A stretch of 63,774 nt of DNA, filler included, from Lama guanicoe (GCA_013239625.1; 158 parts of 158 records of this genome joined end to end with filler, not necessarily neighbours in it); one strand, 5' to 3'; counted from the whole stretch's first letter, positions 24,928 to 37,002 are shown. The notes: a model not told the origin generated them from the letters alone. Translations and numbers: made by a program.

Positions 24928-26239
24928 NNNNNNNNNNNNNNNNNNNNNNNNNNNNNNNNNNNNNNNNNNNNTTAATTAATTAANNNNNNNNNNNNNNNNN
25001 NNNNNNNNNNNNNNNNNNNNNNNNNNNTGTTTCCAGTCTTTTCTTGTTACAAGTGAGGCTTCAGCCTTGGCCAGTGCGCGAGGAATCCAGGGCATCATTC
25101 CCAGAGCTGCTGTTTATTTATGACTTAGATGGCTGACACCTTGAGCACGTGTGAGCACATCTGACTGTCCGTTGATTCTTGTTTCGTGGTTGGCTTTATT
25201 CCTTCGATAACCGGGTAAGTTTAAAAAGCTAAAGCTCTGAACTGTTCTTAGAAACACTGATCAGTAGATACACATAAACTTAAAAAAATGTGCAGCATAT
25301 TGTGTATCTGTATTTACATGTGATACACTGTNNNNNNNNNNNNNNNNNNNNNNNNNNNNNNNNNNNNNNNNNNNNTTAATTAATTAANNNNNNNNNNNNN
25401 NNNNNNNNNNNNNNNNNNNNNNNNNNNNNNNACCGTGACAGTAGAAAACTTTTTGAGAATCATCACATGCCAGTTGAGTGATTGGTATATGTAGCAGCAG
25501 AAGCCATTTGAGTTTCGGCACACAGTAGTTTGGCTGGTGGAGGAATCTGACCTAACGTACTCACACTGTGTTGGGTAGATGACTATCATGACAACATCTC
25601 TACCATGTGCTTCCTATTTTGTTGCACGACTCTGTTGGGCACTGTGTTAGGCATTCCAGGGGACACAGAACAATAGAAAGTCATGTCTGTGAGTCTGCTG
25701 TTTCTTAAAGGAGGTGAGGCATGCGACGTCTAAATNNNNNNNNNNNNNNNNNNNNNNNNNNNNNNNNNNNNNNNNNNNNTTAATTAATTAANNNNNNNNN
25801 NNNNNNNNNNNNNNNNNNNNNNNNNNNNNNNNNNNTGTCTGTCTGTCTGTCTTCCAAGGAAATGAGATTAACAGCCAGAAACAGAACAAGGTGAGCAGCT
25901 GTATCTCTCCCTGAGGAAGAGGGCATAAGAATGGAAATCAGAAGAACCCCTTGGGAGAAAACTCCTTGGCTCCATCCCCTGAATCTTACATTTGCTGGGA
26001 GACTTTGAAAACAGAAGGGTGGGAGACCCAACCAGCTGATGGGTAAGGGAAAGGGCATGGCATCAAGGAGAGCTTCCTGGAGGAGGGGCTCTTTATTCCA
26101 TCTCTGAGAACAGGTAGGGCCTGGATGAAATTGTAGGGANNNNNNNNNNNNNNNNNNNNNNNNNNNNNNNNNNNNNNNNNNNNTTAATTAATTAANNNNN
26201 NNNNNNNNNNNNNNNNNNNNNNNNNNNNNNNNNNNNNNN

Positions 26240-26543
26240 GGCCCAGCGTGTAGTCTGTGTGTGAAACGTCGCGCGCGCCCCCGGCGGGGCGCCCTGCTGT
26301 CGCTTTCAGGGGCGTGCTGCTCGTGTCGGCCAGGCCTCCTTGCCGCGCTGTGCTCGGTCCTCTGCTTCCGGGCTCGCCTTCCGTCTGGTTGTCCCGCCCG
26401 TCGCTGGGGGTGGGGCGCTGAGGCGCCCAGCTGTTGCTGTAGGACCGTCCGTTTCTCCCGTCAGTCCTGCCAGGCTTTGCTTCATGTATTTGGACGGTCT
26501 GTCACCGGGTGTGTGAATATTCACTCATGGTTTATCTTCTTGC
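26240..26543 (-). mobile_element. LINE-1 ORF2 endonuclease fragment, strongly GC-shifted
   Basis: ORF 26306-26524 (NIHTPGDRPSKYMKQSLAGLTGETDGPTATAGRLSAP...TTRRKASPEAED) is colinear with L1 EN (NIYAPNNRxSKYMKQKLxELKGEIDxSTIIVGDFNTP...TTRQKINKEIED, recalled consensus). Confidence 0.85.
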
Positions 26544-26761
26544 NNNNNNNNNNNNNNNNNNNNNNNNNNNNNNNNNNNNNNNNNNNNTTAATTAATTAAN
26601 NNNNNNNNNNNNNNNNNNNNNNNNNNNNNNNNNNNNNNNNNNNCGCTAAACATTCGCACTTACCTGTTCAGTGACAGCAAAGGAATGAGTTATAGCGATT
26701 CGCTCACAGGAGACGGGACCTCATCTTTCAGAGCCTTGCTGGTGTCCAGGGGTCACTTTCT

Positions 26762-26938
26762 CAGTGGATGGTCTTCGGATCGTCTGCATCAGGATCCTCT
26801 GGGCTGCCTGTTAAAATTCAGATTCCAGGGACCACTCCGCACTTGCTGAATCCGAGCATGTGGCAGTGTAACCTGGGACTGTGGACTTTAACAAGCCGCC
26901 TGGGCAATTTTCATACATACTAACTTTGTGAATAAATG
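26762..26938. mobile_element. MER5-type hAT-Charlie DNA transposon fossil
   Basis: CTGCATCAGGATCCTCTGGG...GTTAAAATTCAGATTCCAGGG...CTGAATC...TTTAACAAGC. Confidence 0.75.
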
Positions 26939-28259
26939 TCTGGATCCNNNNNNNNNNNNNNNNNNNNNNNNNNNNNNNNNNNNNNNNNNNNTTAATTAAT
27001 TAANNNNNNNNNNNNNNNNNNNNNNNNNNNNNNNNNNNNNNNNNNNNTAATTCATGACATCTGTGTCTGTTATCGCTGCTGCCTCAAGGACGCTGTGACT
27101 ACTTTTAACAGCTGCACCAGAAAAGGGAGAGCTGTGGAGTGACCCGATCAGACACAAAACTGATCACGCCAGTCGCTAGGCGCTGAGGAGCTCAGGACCG
27201 TGGGGCGCGTGATTCTGCTAATGTTTCAAGATTTGGGGCTGCAGGTAAAATAGGAATATATTTTACTACAGTAGATACTTCTGTCATTTTAACCTCCTGA
27301 CATGAATAAAAGTGAGTAAGAAATGGGTGGTAACATTATAAAAACCAGAGANNNNNNNNNNNNNNNNNNNNNNNNNNNNNNNNNNNNNNNNNNNNTTAAT
27401 TAATTAANNNNNNNNNNNNNNNNNNNNNNNNNNNNNNNNNNNNNNNNNNNNTCAGCCCAGGGAGCTTTCCACAGGGCGGGGGAATGAAGCATCAGATACA
27501 AGGAACCAGGGGCTACCATGGGGCCACAACTTCCTGGCATTCAGGGGACACGGTGGCTTGTTGGCTGGAGGGAAAGTGGAATGAGGAGAGAGCTATGGGA
27601 GGTGGGCAGGGAGGAGTGAGCCTCTCGGCCGCACCCAGACCAGGTGGGCGGTTCTCCTGCTGGGGGCAAGCAGTTGGTGCCCTAGCATTGTGTCAGGTTC
27701 ATTTCCTGGGCAGGTCCTGCCTCATGTGGCTGCTGAGCAGAAGAGAATGGGAGGCNNNNNNNNNNNNNNNNNNNNNNNNNNNNNNNNNNNNNNNNNNNNT
27801 TAATTAATTAANNNNNNNNNNNNNNNNNNNNNNNNNNNNNNNNNNNNNNNNNNNNGGAAATGGCATTTATGTGGGAAAATCCTGAGTGTGCTAAGGCCAC
27901 GTATGTCCCCAAACAACTTCCCATGATACTGACTGACATTCAGCAGTGGAGGAAAGGGCCGATTTGGCACTCATGGAAAAAATCACACCAAATTACTTAA
28001 AGCTTGACTCCATTCAATGCAAGGATTGGCTCTTTTTCGTATTAAGTAGTAAGAACAACAAAACAATCTGAAACAAAATTTACTGAAAAGCAGACTTTGT
28101 GGCTAGCAAAAGATGGGAGATGGATGGATTTGTCTTTGCTCAATATTGTCTGCTTTCATNNNNNNNNNNNNNNNNNNNNNNNNNNNNNNNNNNNNNNNNN
28201 NNNTTAATTAATTAANNNNNNNNNNNNNNNNNNNNNNNNNNNNNNNNNNNNNNNNNNNN

Positions 28260-28563
28260 GTGACAGAAGAGCATGTTCAAAATAAGGAAGAGGACAAGCC
28301 CCAGAAAAAGAATTACATGAAGCAGAGACAAGCAATCTGCCTGATAGAGTTCAAGGTAACGATCATAAAGGTGTTCAGAGGACTCAGGGGATTTGATGAA
28401 CAGAGTGAGAAGTTAGAAATTCTTAACAAAGAGTCAGAAAATATAAAGATAGACCAGAGATTAAAAAATATAGTAAATTAAAGTAAAAAGTACGCTAGAA
28501 GGAATCAACAGTAAATCAGATGATACAGATAAACAGATCAGTGGGCTGGAAGACAGAGTAGTA
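28260..28563 (+). mobile_element. LINE-1 ORF1 fragment
   Basis: GAGTTCAAGGTAACGATCATAAAG...CTAGAAGGAATCAACAGTA...CTGGAAGACAGAGTAG matches the ORF1 coiled-coil region. Confidence 0.88.
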
Positions 28564-28663
28564 NNNNNNNNNNNNNNNNNNNNNNNNNNNNNNNNNNNNN
28601 NNNNNNNTTAATTAATTAANNNNNNNNNNNNNNNNNNNNNNNNNNNNNNNNNNNNNNNNNNNN

Positions 28664-28967
28664 CTGTTTACCACATTATTTGATTTGTGGATGTTGAGTT
28701 ATCCTTACATCCCTAGAATAAATCCCTCTTGATCATGGTATACGATCCGTTAACACGGTGTTGAATTCAGTTTGATAATATTTTATTGAGAATTTTGCCT
28801 TTATATTCATCAGGGTTATTGGCCTGTATTTTTCTTCTCTCATAGAGTTTTTCTCTGGTTTTAGTATCAGAGTAATGCTGGTCTCCTGGAATACAGTGTG
28901 GAAGCGTTTTTTTCCACTTCAACTTTTAGAATAGTTTAAGAAGGACAGGTTTTAACTCTTTAAATGT
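28664..28967 (-). mobile_element. LINE-1 ORF2 RT fragment
   Basis: ATAAATCCCTCTTGATCATGGT...TTTTAGTATCAGAGTAATGCTGG (antisense of IHHDQxGF and SITLIP). Confidence 0.9.
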
Positions 28968-29875
28968 NNNNNNNNNNNNNNNNNNNNNNNNNNNNNNNNN
29001 NNNNNNNNNNNTTAATTAATTAANNNNNNNNNNNNNNNNNNNNNNNNNNNNNNNNNNNNNNNNNNNNGAAAGTCAGCTCACAAAACCAAAACTTGTTTGT
29101 GAGATATCTGGCAAGTATGGCAAATCCCACTTGTGATTATCTGGGGTCATAGTTCCTAAAGGCCTACAATCGTAACCCTGCCTCCTTAGGGGAGGGCAAC
29201 AGTGGGCCGGGCAGGTCACCTCTGTGTGTCGCAGAGCCCTCTGGAGTTCACGGGTCACCTGTGTGCTTAACCTCCAGTCACCACGGCCCCTCCCTCTGGC
29301 CCCTCCTGCCCGTGTGACCTTCCTGGCTCACCCAGTATCTGCTGACACCTCTCTGGGTGTGTCTTATCATGNNNNNNNNNNNNNNNNNNNNNNNNNNNNN
29401 NNNNNNNNNNNNNNNTTAATTAATTAANNNNNNNNNNNNNNNNNNNNNNNNNNNNNNNNNNNNNNNNNNNNGAGGTAGGGCACTTACTATGGTTTATATG
29501 CATTCCTTTAGGATAGGAACCACCTTTGCAGTAATAACACTTTAAATTTTCATGGAATTTTGGTTTAGACAGCCCTATCAAGGATGAACATATTTCATGA
29601 AGACAACAGTATTTTTTAAAATACAGATTTGGTGTTTTTAAAAGGAGTTTGATCACCCTTATTTATTAACAGTATTTGACCAATCACCCTGCTAATCCTC
29701 TTGCTTTGCAACAAGGAGAAAGCTTATTCACAGCTACATGATTCAGGGTGCATCATGGGGACAATATTCTTCTTANNNNNNNNNNNNNNNNNNNNNNNNN
29801 NNNNNNNNNNNNNNNNNNNTTAATTAATTAANNNNNNNNNNNNNNNNNNNNNNNNNNNNNNNNNNNNNNNNNNNN

Positions 29876-30179
29876 AAAAAAAATTTAACAAATTCCAGTT
29901 CATATTTCAGTGGATTTTGCTTTAGGTGTCATATCAAAAAAATAGTTACCGAAGCCAAGGTCACAGAGATTCTGCCCTAAATTTTTGTCTAGACATTGTA
30001 TAATTTTAAGTTCTACATTGACTTCAATGATCTATTTTTAGTTAAAAGTTTTCTGTCTTGTTGGAGGTATGACTCAACGTTTATTTTGCTTTGCAGATTG
30101 ATACCCAATGGTTGTAAACTGATTTGTGGAAACACCATTCATTCTCTGTGAGTTTGTTTAGCTCTTTTATTAAAATTCC
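29876..30179 (-). mobile_element. Old LINE-1 ORF2 fragment
   Basis: GCTTTAGGTGTCATATC...CCAAGGTCACAGAGATTCT...TATAATTTTAAGTTCTACATT. Confidence 0.75.
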
Positions 30180-30394
30180 NNNNNNNNNNNNNNNNNNNNN
30201 NNNNNNNNNNNNNNNNNNNNNNNTTAATTAATTAANNNNNNNNNNNNNNNNNNNNNNNNNNNNNNNNNNNNNNNNNNNNTTGAGAGCATGTCGTCTATCG
30301 GACTTTCAACCTCCATTCAGGGCATATTCACATCTGGAAAACTTTACTCTGCTTTCACAGGTTTTTCCTAACACAAGTTTCGAAAATCGGGCCA

Positions 30395-30583
30395 CTTTCA
30401 CAGGAAAATACTCTAGGAGCGATTTCTACCCAATAGACATCTAATTTACATAGTTAACCTCACTATGACACTCTGTGTTCCAAACACTGCATTATTCACC
30501 GAAAAATTCTGTTGGAGCCATTTCTACCCAGTAGACATGTAATTTACATTGTTTCCATCACCATGACTTTCCGTGTTCAGAAC
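30395..30583. repeat. Diverged tandem repeat, ~98-bp period (satellite-like)
   Basis: GGAGCGATTTCTACCCAATAGACATCTAATTTACAT... at 30416 recurs as GGAGCCATTTCTACCCAGTAGACATGTAATTTACAT... at 30514. Confidence 0.85.
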
Positions 30584-30683
30584 NNNNNNNNNNNNNNNNN
30601 NNNNNNNNNNNNNNNNNNNNNNNNNNNTTAATTAATTAANNNNNNNNNNNNNNNNNNNNNNNNNNNNNNNNNNNNNNNNNNNN

Positions 30684-30987
30684 GTCACCTTCGCCCTGAC
30701 CGACCCTCTGTGTACTTGTTTTATGGAAAATTGAGAGAGAAGTTTTGAAAACTCCGATCGTATTTATGGACGTGTTGCTGCCTCCCTTCGCGTCAGTGTT
30801 TGCTTCCCGTATTTTAAAGCTCTGCTAGGACGTCCACAGCCATTTAGGACAGCTGTGCTCCGAGGAAGCCAGCAAGGCGTCACCGTTCACCGCGTACCTT
30901 CCTCTCCTGCGTGCATCCGCACTGTGAACGGGACTCCGACGGCCGTTCACAGCCCCGCCAGCTTTCTCTGAACGAGTATGTCCACGA
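30684..30987 (-). mobile_element. Old LINE-1 endonuclease-region fragment, GC-shifted
   Basis: TTGAAAACTCCGA...TTTGCTTCCCGTATTTTAAAGCTCTGCT...CATTTAGGAC...AGCCCCGCCAGCTTTCT is colinear with antisense L1M EN. Confidence 0.7.
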
Positions 30988-31689
30988 NNNNNNNNNNNNN
31001 NNNNNNNNNNNNNNNNNNNNNNNNNNNNNNNTTAATTAATTAANNNNNNNNNNNNNNNNNNNNNNNNNNNNNNNNNNNNNNNNNNNNCCACTTCTTATGA
31101 GATTTTTGCGAAAATCGTGAGCACGAAATCTTTTACGCACACTACTGAGGAAAGATTTAAGGAGTGCAAAATGACAGGAGAAACATAGGTATATGTGCTA
31201 CTCACAGCAGTGTAAGTACTTCGGAAAACATGCTGGTCCTGCCAAATCAGATGTCAGGATAATGCCAAGTAAAAATGACAGAACCTCAGTGCATCAAGCT
31301 ATAAGCATTTACTGCTCTAGTGTCTGCTTAGTTACCTGTTGCTGAGGCTTGACTTGATTTGGTCTGGGTGTTGGCTGGTCTAGGGTGACTGNNNNNNNNN
31401 NNNNNNNNNNNNNNNNNNNNNNNNNNNNNNNNNNNTTAATTAATTAANNNNNNNNNNNNNNNNNNNNNNNNNNNNNNNNNNNNNNNNNNNNTTCATAGAT
31501 TATGTGTCACACTGTGTGTTCCATCCTGCGACCCTGCTACATCGTAAACAACTAAGTTTGAATATATTATGATTGACCTTTGGGGTGTGCAAATGTGTGG
31601 GTGTAGACATATGCATAGTGACAGGTGTCCACCCTAAAGTATCACGTGGAGCACTTCAACCCCCTACCTCACCCCATGATATGCTCATG

Positions 31690-31795
31690 TACATAGTCTT
31701 GCCTTTTCCATAATTGTCATCAATGGGATCCTACAGTGTGCAGCCCCCTCAGACTGGGTTCTTTCACTTAGTAACATACAAGTGAGACTTACCCG
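31690..31795 (-). mobile_element. Old L1M 3' fragment
   Basis: TTGCCTTTTCCA...TACAGTGTGCAGCC...CAGACTGGGTTCTTTCACTTAGTAACAT. Confidence 0.7.
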
Positions 31796-32334
31796 NNNNN
31801 NNNNNNNNNNNNNNNNNNNNNNNNNNNNNNNNNNNNNNNTTAATTAATTAANNNNNNNNNNNNNNNNNNNNNNNNNNNNNNNNNNNNNNNNNNNNGCCTC
31901 GGGGGCCTGGCAGGAAAGTGCATTCCCTGTCATGCCAGTTGTGTGCACGGAAGGCCCTGGAGCTGGCCGCACTGCTGCCTCTCGGGAAGCTGAGTCAACT
32001 TCTGGGTGCCGAAGGGTCGGCCCCCACCCCTAAGCCTGACCGGGACTGTCTTCACGGAGGAGGGGTGGCGCCAGGGCACGGCCACCTGCCACTCGCCAGG
32101 TTAACCGCCTGCCACATTGCCCCCTGCAGAGAGCCCACCCTCCCCCAATCGGGAAGCCCGGGCTCAGGTCTGTGCTCCCGGTTCCTGACATCAATCTCCN
32201 NNNNNNNNNNNNNNNNNNNNNNNNNNNNNNNNNNNNNNNNNNNTTAATTAATTAANNNNNNNNNNNNNNNNNNNNNNNNNNNNNNNNNNNNNNNNNNNNA
32301 CGCCGCACTCCTTTGCCCACAACAGCCCATCAAC

Positions 32335-32590
32335 CAGGGTCCTGCCTCGGGGCCTTGGCACTTGCTGCAGCCTCCCTCTAGAATGCTCCTCCCCGAGGCA
32401 ACCACAGGGCCCCCCACTCCGGGTCGCTGCTGCAGGTTACTTCCTCCCCGAGACCCTGCCTGCCCATTCAAAACACCACCAACCTGCCCCCTCCCTTAGC
32501 TGCATTCTTTGCAGCATCACGTTCCACGCAGCATGATACGCATGCACTTGTTCATCTGCTGACTTCCTCTCCAGAACGTGCACACGGTGA
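32335..32590 (+). mobile_element. L2 LINE 3' fragment
   Basis: CCTGCCTCGGGGCCTTGGCACTTGCTG...CTAGAATGCTCCTCCCC matches the L2 3' region. Confidence 0.65.
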
Positions 32591-33511
32591 GCCCTCGGCT
32601 GTCNNNNNNNNNNNNNNNNNNNNNNNNNNNNNNNNNNNNNNNNNNNNTTAATTAATTAANNNNNNNNNNNNNNNNNNNNNNNNNNNNNNNNNNNNNNNNN
32701 NNNACAGGGTCCAGAGCTTGGAGTGTTAACTCCTTTGGGCCCACAGGTGAAAGAAACCTGAGTACTCCAACCCTCCAAGTGTCACTTGGTCTCTTAACAG
32801 GATTCAAGTTTCTGCAACATTTTCATGTTGATTATAAAATAATAGTTTGTATAAAATATAACTATCCATTGGATAGTCTAGGAAAATAATGATCTGAAGT
32901 GGGTTTCTCACTTCTCTTCTCATATTTAAAGCAACTGCCTTCTTTGACCAAAATGGTCGGTGGAAACCTTGTGTGACTAAAATGAGTTGGGTCTTAGCCT
33001 CTCTCAANNNNNNNNNNNNNNNNNNNNNNNNNNNNNNNNNNNNNNNNNNNNTTAATTAATTAANNNNNNNNNNNNNNNNNNNNNNNNNNNNNNNNNNNNN
33101 NNNNNNNCTGAGCTGCCTGTCATCAGTCATCAAAAGCCCCTGCATAACAAAGCCCCTGGCACGGGAAAGCCACTGCGGACCTGCTTGCTCTGCTCTAGGC
33201 CAGCAGGGCAGGAGGAAGTCATTAATCCATTTTTGGGATTGATGCCGGGGCCATTGCCCTGCGGGGAAATTTTTTGGCTCCTGGAATGGCACTCCTGGGG
33301 CCATGTCAGTGCCTTTAGGTGCTGCCTGAGGTCATGCCAGCTTGACTCAGTCCATTCTGTGTGGCATGGCTCATACATGAAGTGGCTTGGTTGTGAGAGA
33401 CTTGTGTGACCNNNNNNNNNNNNNNNNNNNNNNNNNNNNNNNNNNNNNNNNNNNNTTAATTAATTAANNNNNNNNNNNNNNNNNNNNNNNNNNNNNNNNN
33501 NNNNNNNNNNN

Positions 33512-33635
33512 TAGACATTCAGCTGCACGAGGGCAGAAACCATCTGTCTTGTTCAGTGCTTTTTCTGGAGCCCAGTAAAATACCTGGCCCATATAACAGG
33601 CAGCCACTCGGCAAAGTATTTGTTGAATGGATGAT
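33512..33635 (+). mobile_element. L2 LINE 3' terminus
   Basis: GAGGGCAGAAACCATCTGTCTTGTTCA...CCTGGCCCATA...AAGTATTTGTTGAATGGATG. Confidence 0.85.
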
Positions 33636-33963
33636 TGCGTTTCCCTTTAATCCCACCGCCGCTGACCCCCCAGCCCCTCCCAGCCTCCTGTCGTCCTGTG
33701 CTGGGGAGGGACGGCTCCTCCCTGAACTCCTTTCCTGCCCCCAAGTTCTCAGTGGCTGGACATCTGTGGATCTATGTTATTCATTAACCATTATTGAGCA
33801 CCTATAGTATGCCAGNNNNNNNNNNNNNNNNNNNNNNNNNNNNNNNNNNNNNNNNNNNNTTAATTAATTAANNNNNNNNNNNNNNNNNNNNNNNNNNNNN
33901 NNNNNNNNNNNNNNNGAAAGGAAAGTATTATTTACTGAAAGGAAAAAGGATGGCAAACCATTT

Positions 33964-33983
33964 TATATATATATATATATATA
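33964..33983. repeat. (TA)n microsatellite
   Basis: Pure TA run. Confidence 0.9.
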
Positions 33984-34568
33984 GTATCTGGAAAACTGTA
34001 CAATTCAAATTAGAGCATACATTACAGTGAGCTTTTGACAAAAGGTATTATACGAATTGTATTAAGGATAAAAATGTCTGAATCAGAAAACCAATAAAAT
34101 CCTTTAAGAAACCGAGGACTTACTAAATTAAAAATTTTTTTCCCAATATTTATTCTTATTCATCAACAGACACAACTCTAATCAAGAATTAGAAACAGAA
34201 GAGACAAAAGGCTAAGTTCNNNNNNNNNNNNNNNNNNNNNNNNNNNNNNNNNNNNNNNNNNNNTTAATTAATTAANNNNNNNNNNNNNNNNNNNNNNNNN
34301 NNNNNNNNNNNNNNNNNNNCTGGCCTTGGGAAGGCTAGCATTGTCTCCCCAGTCCTGGGTACAGGGTAGATGCCTGAAGGAGAAATGATTCCTTTCTTTG
34401 ACTGCAGATGGTGTGTTTTCAAGAATTCTGTGTCCTTACTGAGAGAGAGAAGTATTATTCTTCAGATAGTCTAGAACCACCACCAGGGGACAGCTGGAGA
34501 CTACCCCAAACTGGAGCATGGTACCAGCACAGGTCTTTCTAACCTCACCTGCTTCTTTGTCTTTCTAG

Positions 34569-34576
34569 GTGCTTTG
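34569..34576 (+). other. Candidate 8-nt microexon
   Basis: Branch point CTAAC at 34539-34543, pyrimidine tract, AG at 34567-34568, GTGCTTTG, then donor GTGAGT at 34577-34582. Confidence 0.35.
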
Positions 34577-35532
34577 GTGAGTTCTCCTGATATCAAGATG
34601 TCATTGCTTTAAATAATATCCTGNNNNNNNNNNNNNNNNNNNNNNNNNNNNNNNNNNNNNNNNNNNNTTAATTAATTAANNNNNNNNNNNNNNNNNNNNN
34701 NNNNNNNNNNNNNNNNNNNNNNNAGGAAGGGTCAGGGATGTGGGTCGGGGAAGGAGGCCAGTACATCCTGCGCTCCGGAGTGAAAAGGGGGCTCCCTGCG
34801 AGGTGTTGTAGCAGGAAAGACAGGCTTGTCCCCCAGACACATTGGTACACGATCAGCCATCCGTCCTCGAGACGTCTGCGGTGGAGAGAGGCGGGGGCCA
34901 AGGGCAGGGTGGTGCTGGGGGCCACAGAGCAGGAGGCGGGGAGACGCGTGAGCTGGTGATGAGTGTCAGATACAGTAGAGAGGCCAGAGGGCGGGACTTC
35001 TGCGAGGGACCGCTGGCCGGGACACGGANNNNNNNNNNNNNNNNNNNNNNNNNNNNNNNNNNNNNNNNNNNNTTAATTAATTAANNNNNNNNNNNNNNNN
35101 NNNNNNNNNNNNNNNNNNNNNNNNNNNNTTTACTTGTTCACATATATGCAAAATACTGCTACAGATGTAGTGGGTAGAAAAAGATCAAAAGTACAGTCTA
35201 AATTTAGAATGCCATTCACTTTACTAATTTATCAAGTGTCTTGTATGTACAGGAAACCTTCCTTTCTTAGTCCTTGACTATTACAGTGTTCTAACTGTAA
35301 GGTAGACCTCTGAGTCTAATGATTCTCAATCCATTTTTAACATTACTAAGATAATTAATTTTATCTATAGGGTAAAATGTAGCAGAAAGAATGTAATTAA
35401 TGGATAGAAATTTGACATCAGTATCATATATGNNNNNNNNNNNNNNNNNNNNNNNNNNNNNNNNNNNNNNNNNNNNTTAATTAATTAANNNNNNNNNNNN
35501 NNNNNNNNNNNNNNNNNNNNNNNNNNNNNNNN

Positions 35533-35837
35533 GCCACTGGGGCAAAATGCTTTTTAAAAGGACAAATACCTTAAAAGTAGAAAGATGAAATGTATAAACC
35601 ATGAACATAATACTCATGATAATTTTGCTATGTTAACATCAGAGACAGCGTACTTCAGGCAATAGCATATTGCTGGAGGAATAGATATTCCATAGTGGTA
35701 AAAGGGATATTTTGTTAAGACAGAGGAATTCTAAATGTTACGCACCTTGTAACAGAAATTCTAAGTGCATAAAAGGTATAAGAGAAGGAACAGATATAAC
35801 TACAATTATATTTGGAGATTTTAACATTCCTACCCAG
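35533..35837 (+). mobile_element. Degenerate old LINE-1 endonuclease fragment
   Basis: ATTCTAAATGTTACGCACC...ACAATTATATTTGGAGATTTTAACATTCC (TIIxGDFN motif). Confidence 0.7.
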
Positions 35838-36341
35838 NNNNNNNNNNNNNNNNNNNNNNNNNNNNNNNNNNNNNNNNNNNNTTAATTAATTAANNNNNNN
35901 NNNNNNNNNNNNNNNNNNNNNNNNNNNNNNNNNNNNNAGGCAGTATATGAACCACATTTTACAGAAGATTTTAAATCCATATACTGTGGCCAAAGTAAAC
36001 TTAAACACAGTTTTGTTTTATACTATTTTAGAATACAAAGAGTTTCTGATCTCAAATAATCTCTATTTGTCTTTTTAATTTATAGACACTTTAGATGAAA
36101 TAATTTGTAAGAAGAGGCTCAGTTTTGTAGTTGACTAAAAGTATAATAAGGACCTGAATCCCAAAATCATTTTACAAAGAACCTATAGGATTGCTTCTGT
36201 GGCTATAAGAATATCATCTAACACCTAGATTTCCAAATAATNNNNNNNNNNNNNNNNNNNNNNNNNNNNNNNNNNNNNNNNNNNNTTAATTAATTAANNN
36301 NNNNNNNNNNNNNNNNNNNNNNNNNNNNNNNNNNNNNNNNN

Positions 36342-36644
36342 TAGTCTTTTGAGGAATCTCCACACTGTTTTCCACAGTGGCTGCACCAGCCTGCATTCCC
36401 ACCAGCAGTGCGGGAGGTAACGGGTAGCGATACTGAGCTTAGTTTCCTACGCTTGTTGGCCATCTGTAGATCATCTTTGGAGAAATGTCTATTCAAGCCC
36501 TTTGCCCATTTTTTAGTCAGTTTATTTGCTTTTGCTATTGCACTGTAGGAGTACTTTATTTATTCTGCATATTAACCTATCATAAGATATACAATTTGCA
36601 AACGTTTCCTCCCGTGCTATATAGGTCACCCTGTCACCGGCTGT
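36342..36644 (-). mobile_element. LINE-1 ORF2 3' fragment with internal deletion
   Basis: GAGGAATCTCCACACTGTTTTCCACAGTGGCTGCACC...CATTCCCACCAGCAGTG joined to GTTGGCCATCTGTA...TCTTTGGAGAAATGTCTATTCA. Confidence 0.9.
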
Positions 36645-36759
36645 NNNNNNNNNNNNNNNNNNNNNNNNNNNNNNNNNNNNNNNNNNNNTTAATTAATTAA
36701 NNNNNNNNNNNNNNNNNNNNNNNNNNNNNNNNNNNNNNNNNNNNTACACAGCTGTGGTG

Positions 36760-37000
36760 AGGGGAGAGCTAAATAAATTGGGGAAATTGTCCATGTTCAC
36801 AATCAGAAGATTCACTGTTGTTAAGGTGCAAGTTCTTCCCAACTTGATTTATAGATTCAGTGTAGTTTGAACCAAATTTTGGGGGATATGGAAACACTAA
36901 TTCTGAAGTTTACATGGAAAGGCAAAAGACCCACAATAGCCAACAGAATACTTAAGGGAAAAAAGAAGACTGATAACTACCTGATTTCAAGACATACTGT
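36760..37000 (+). mobile_element. LINE-1 ORF2 fragment
   Basis: GTTCTTCCCAACTTGATTTATAGATTCA...AAGTTTACATGGAAAGGCAAAAGACC...CTACCTGATTTCAAGAC. Confidence 0.85.
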
Positions 37001-37002
37001 AA

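Noticed and set aside
29488..29574. Minus-strand 87-nt exon candidate containing LKCYYC (Ly6-like start) with a GTAAGT donor
   Set aside because: The downstream cysteines of an LU domain are missing and the acceptor is weak.
34724..34900. Minus-strand acceptor CTCTCTCCACCGCAG followed by a short reading
   Set aside because: No recognisable protein in any phase and no donor or polyA signal in the fragment.
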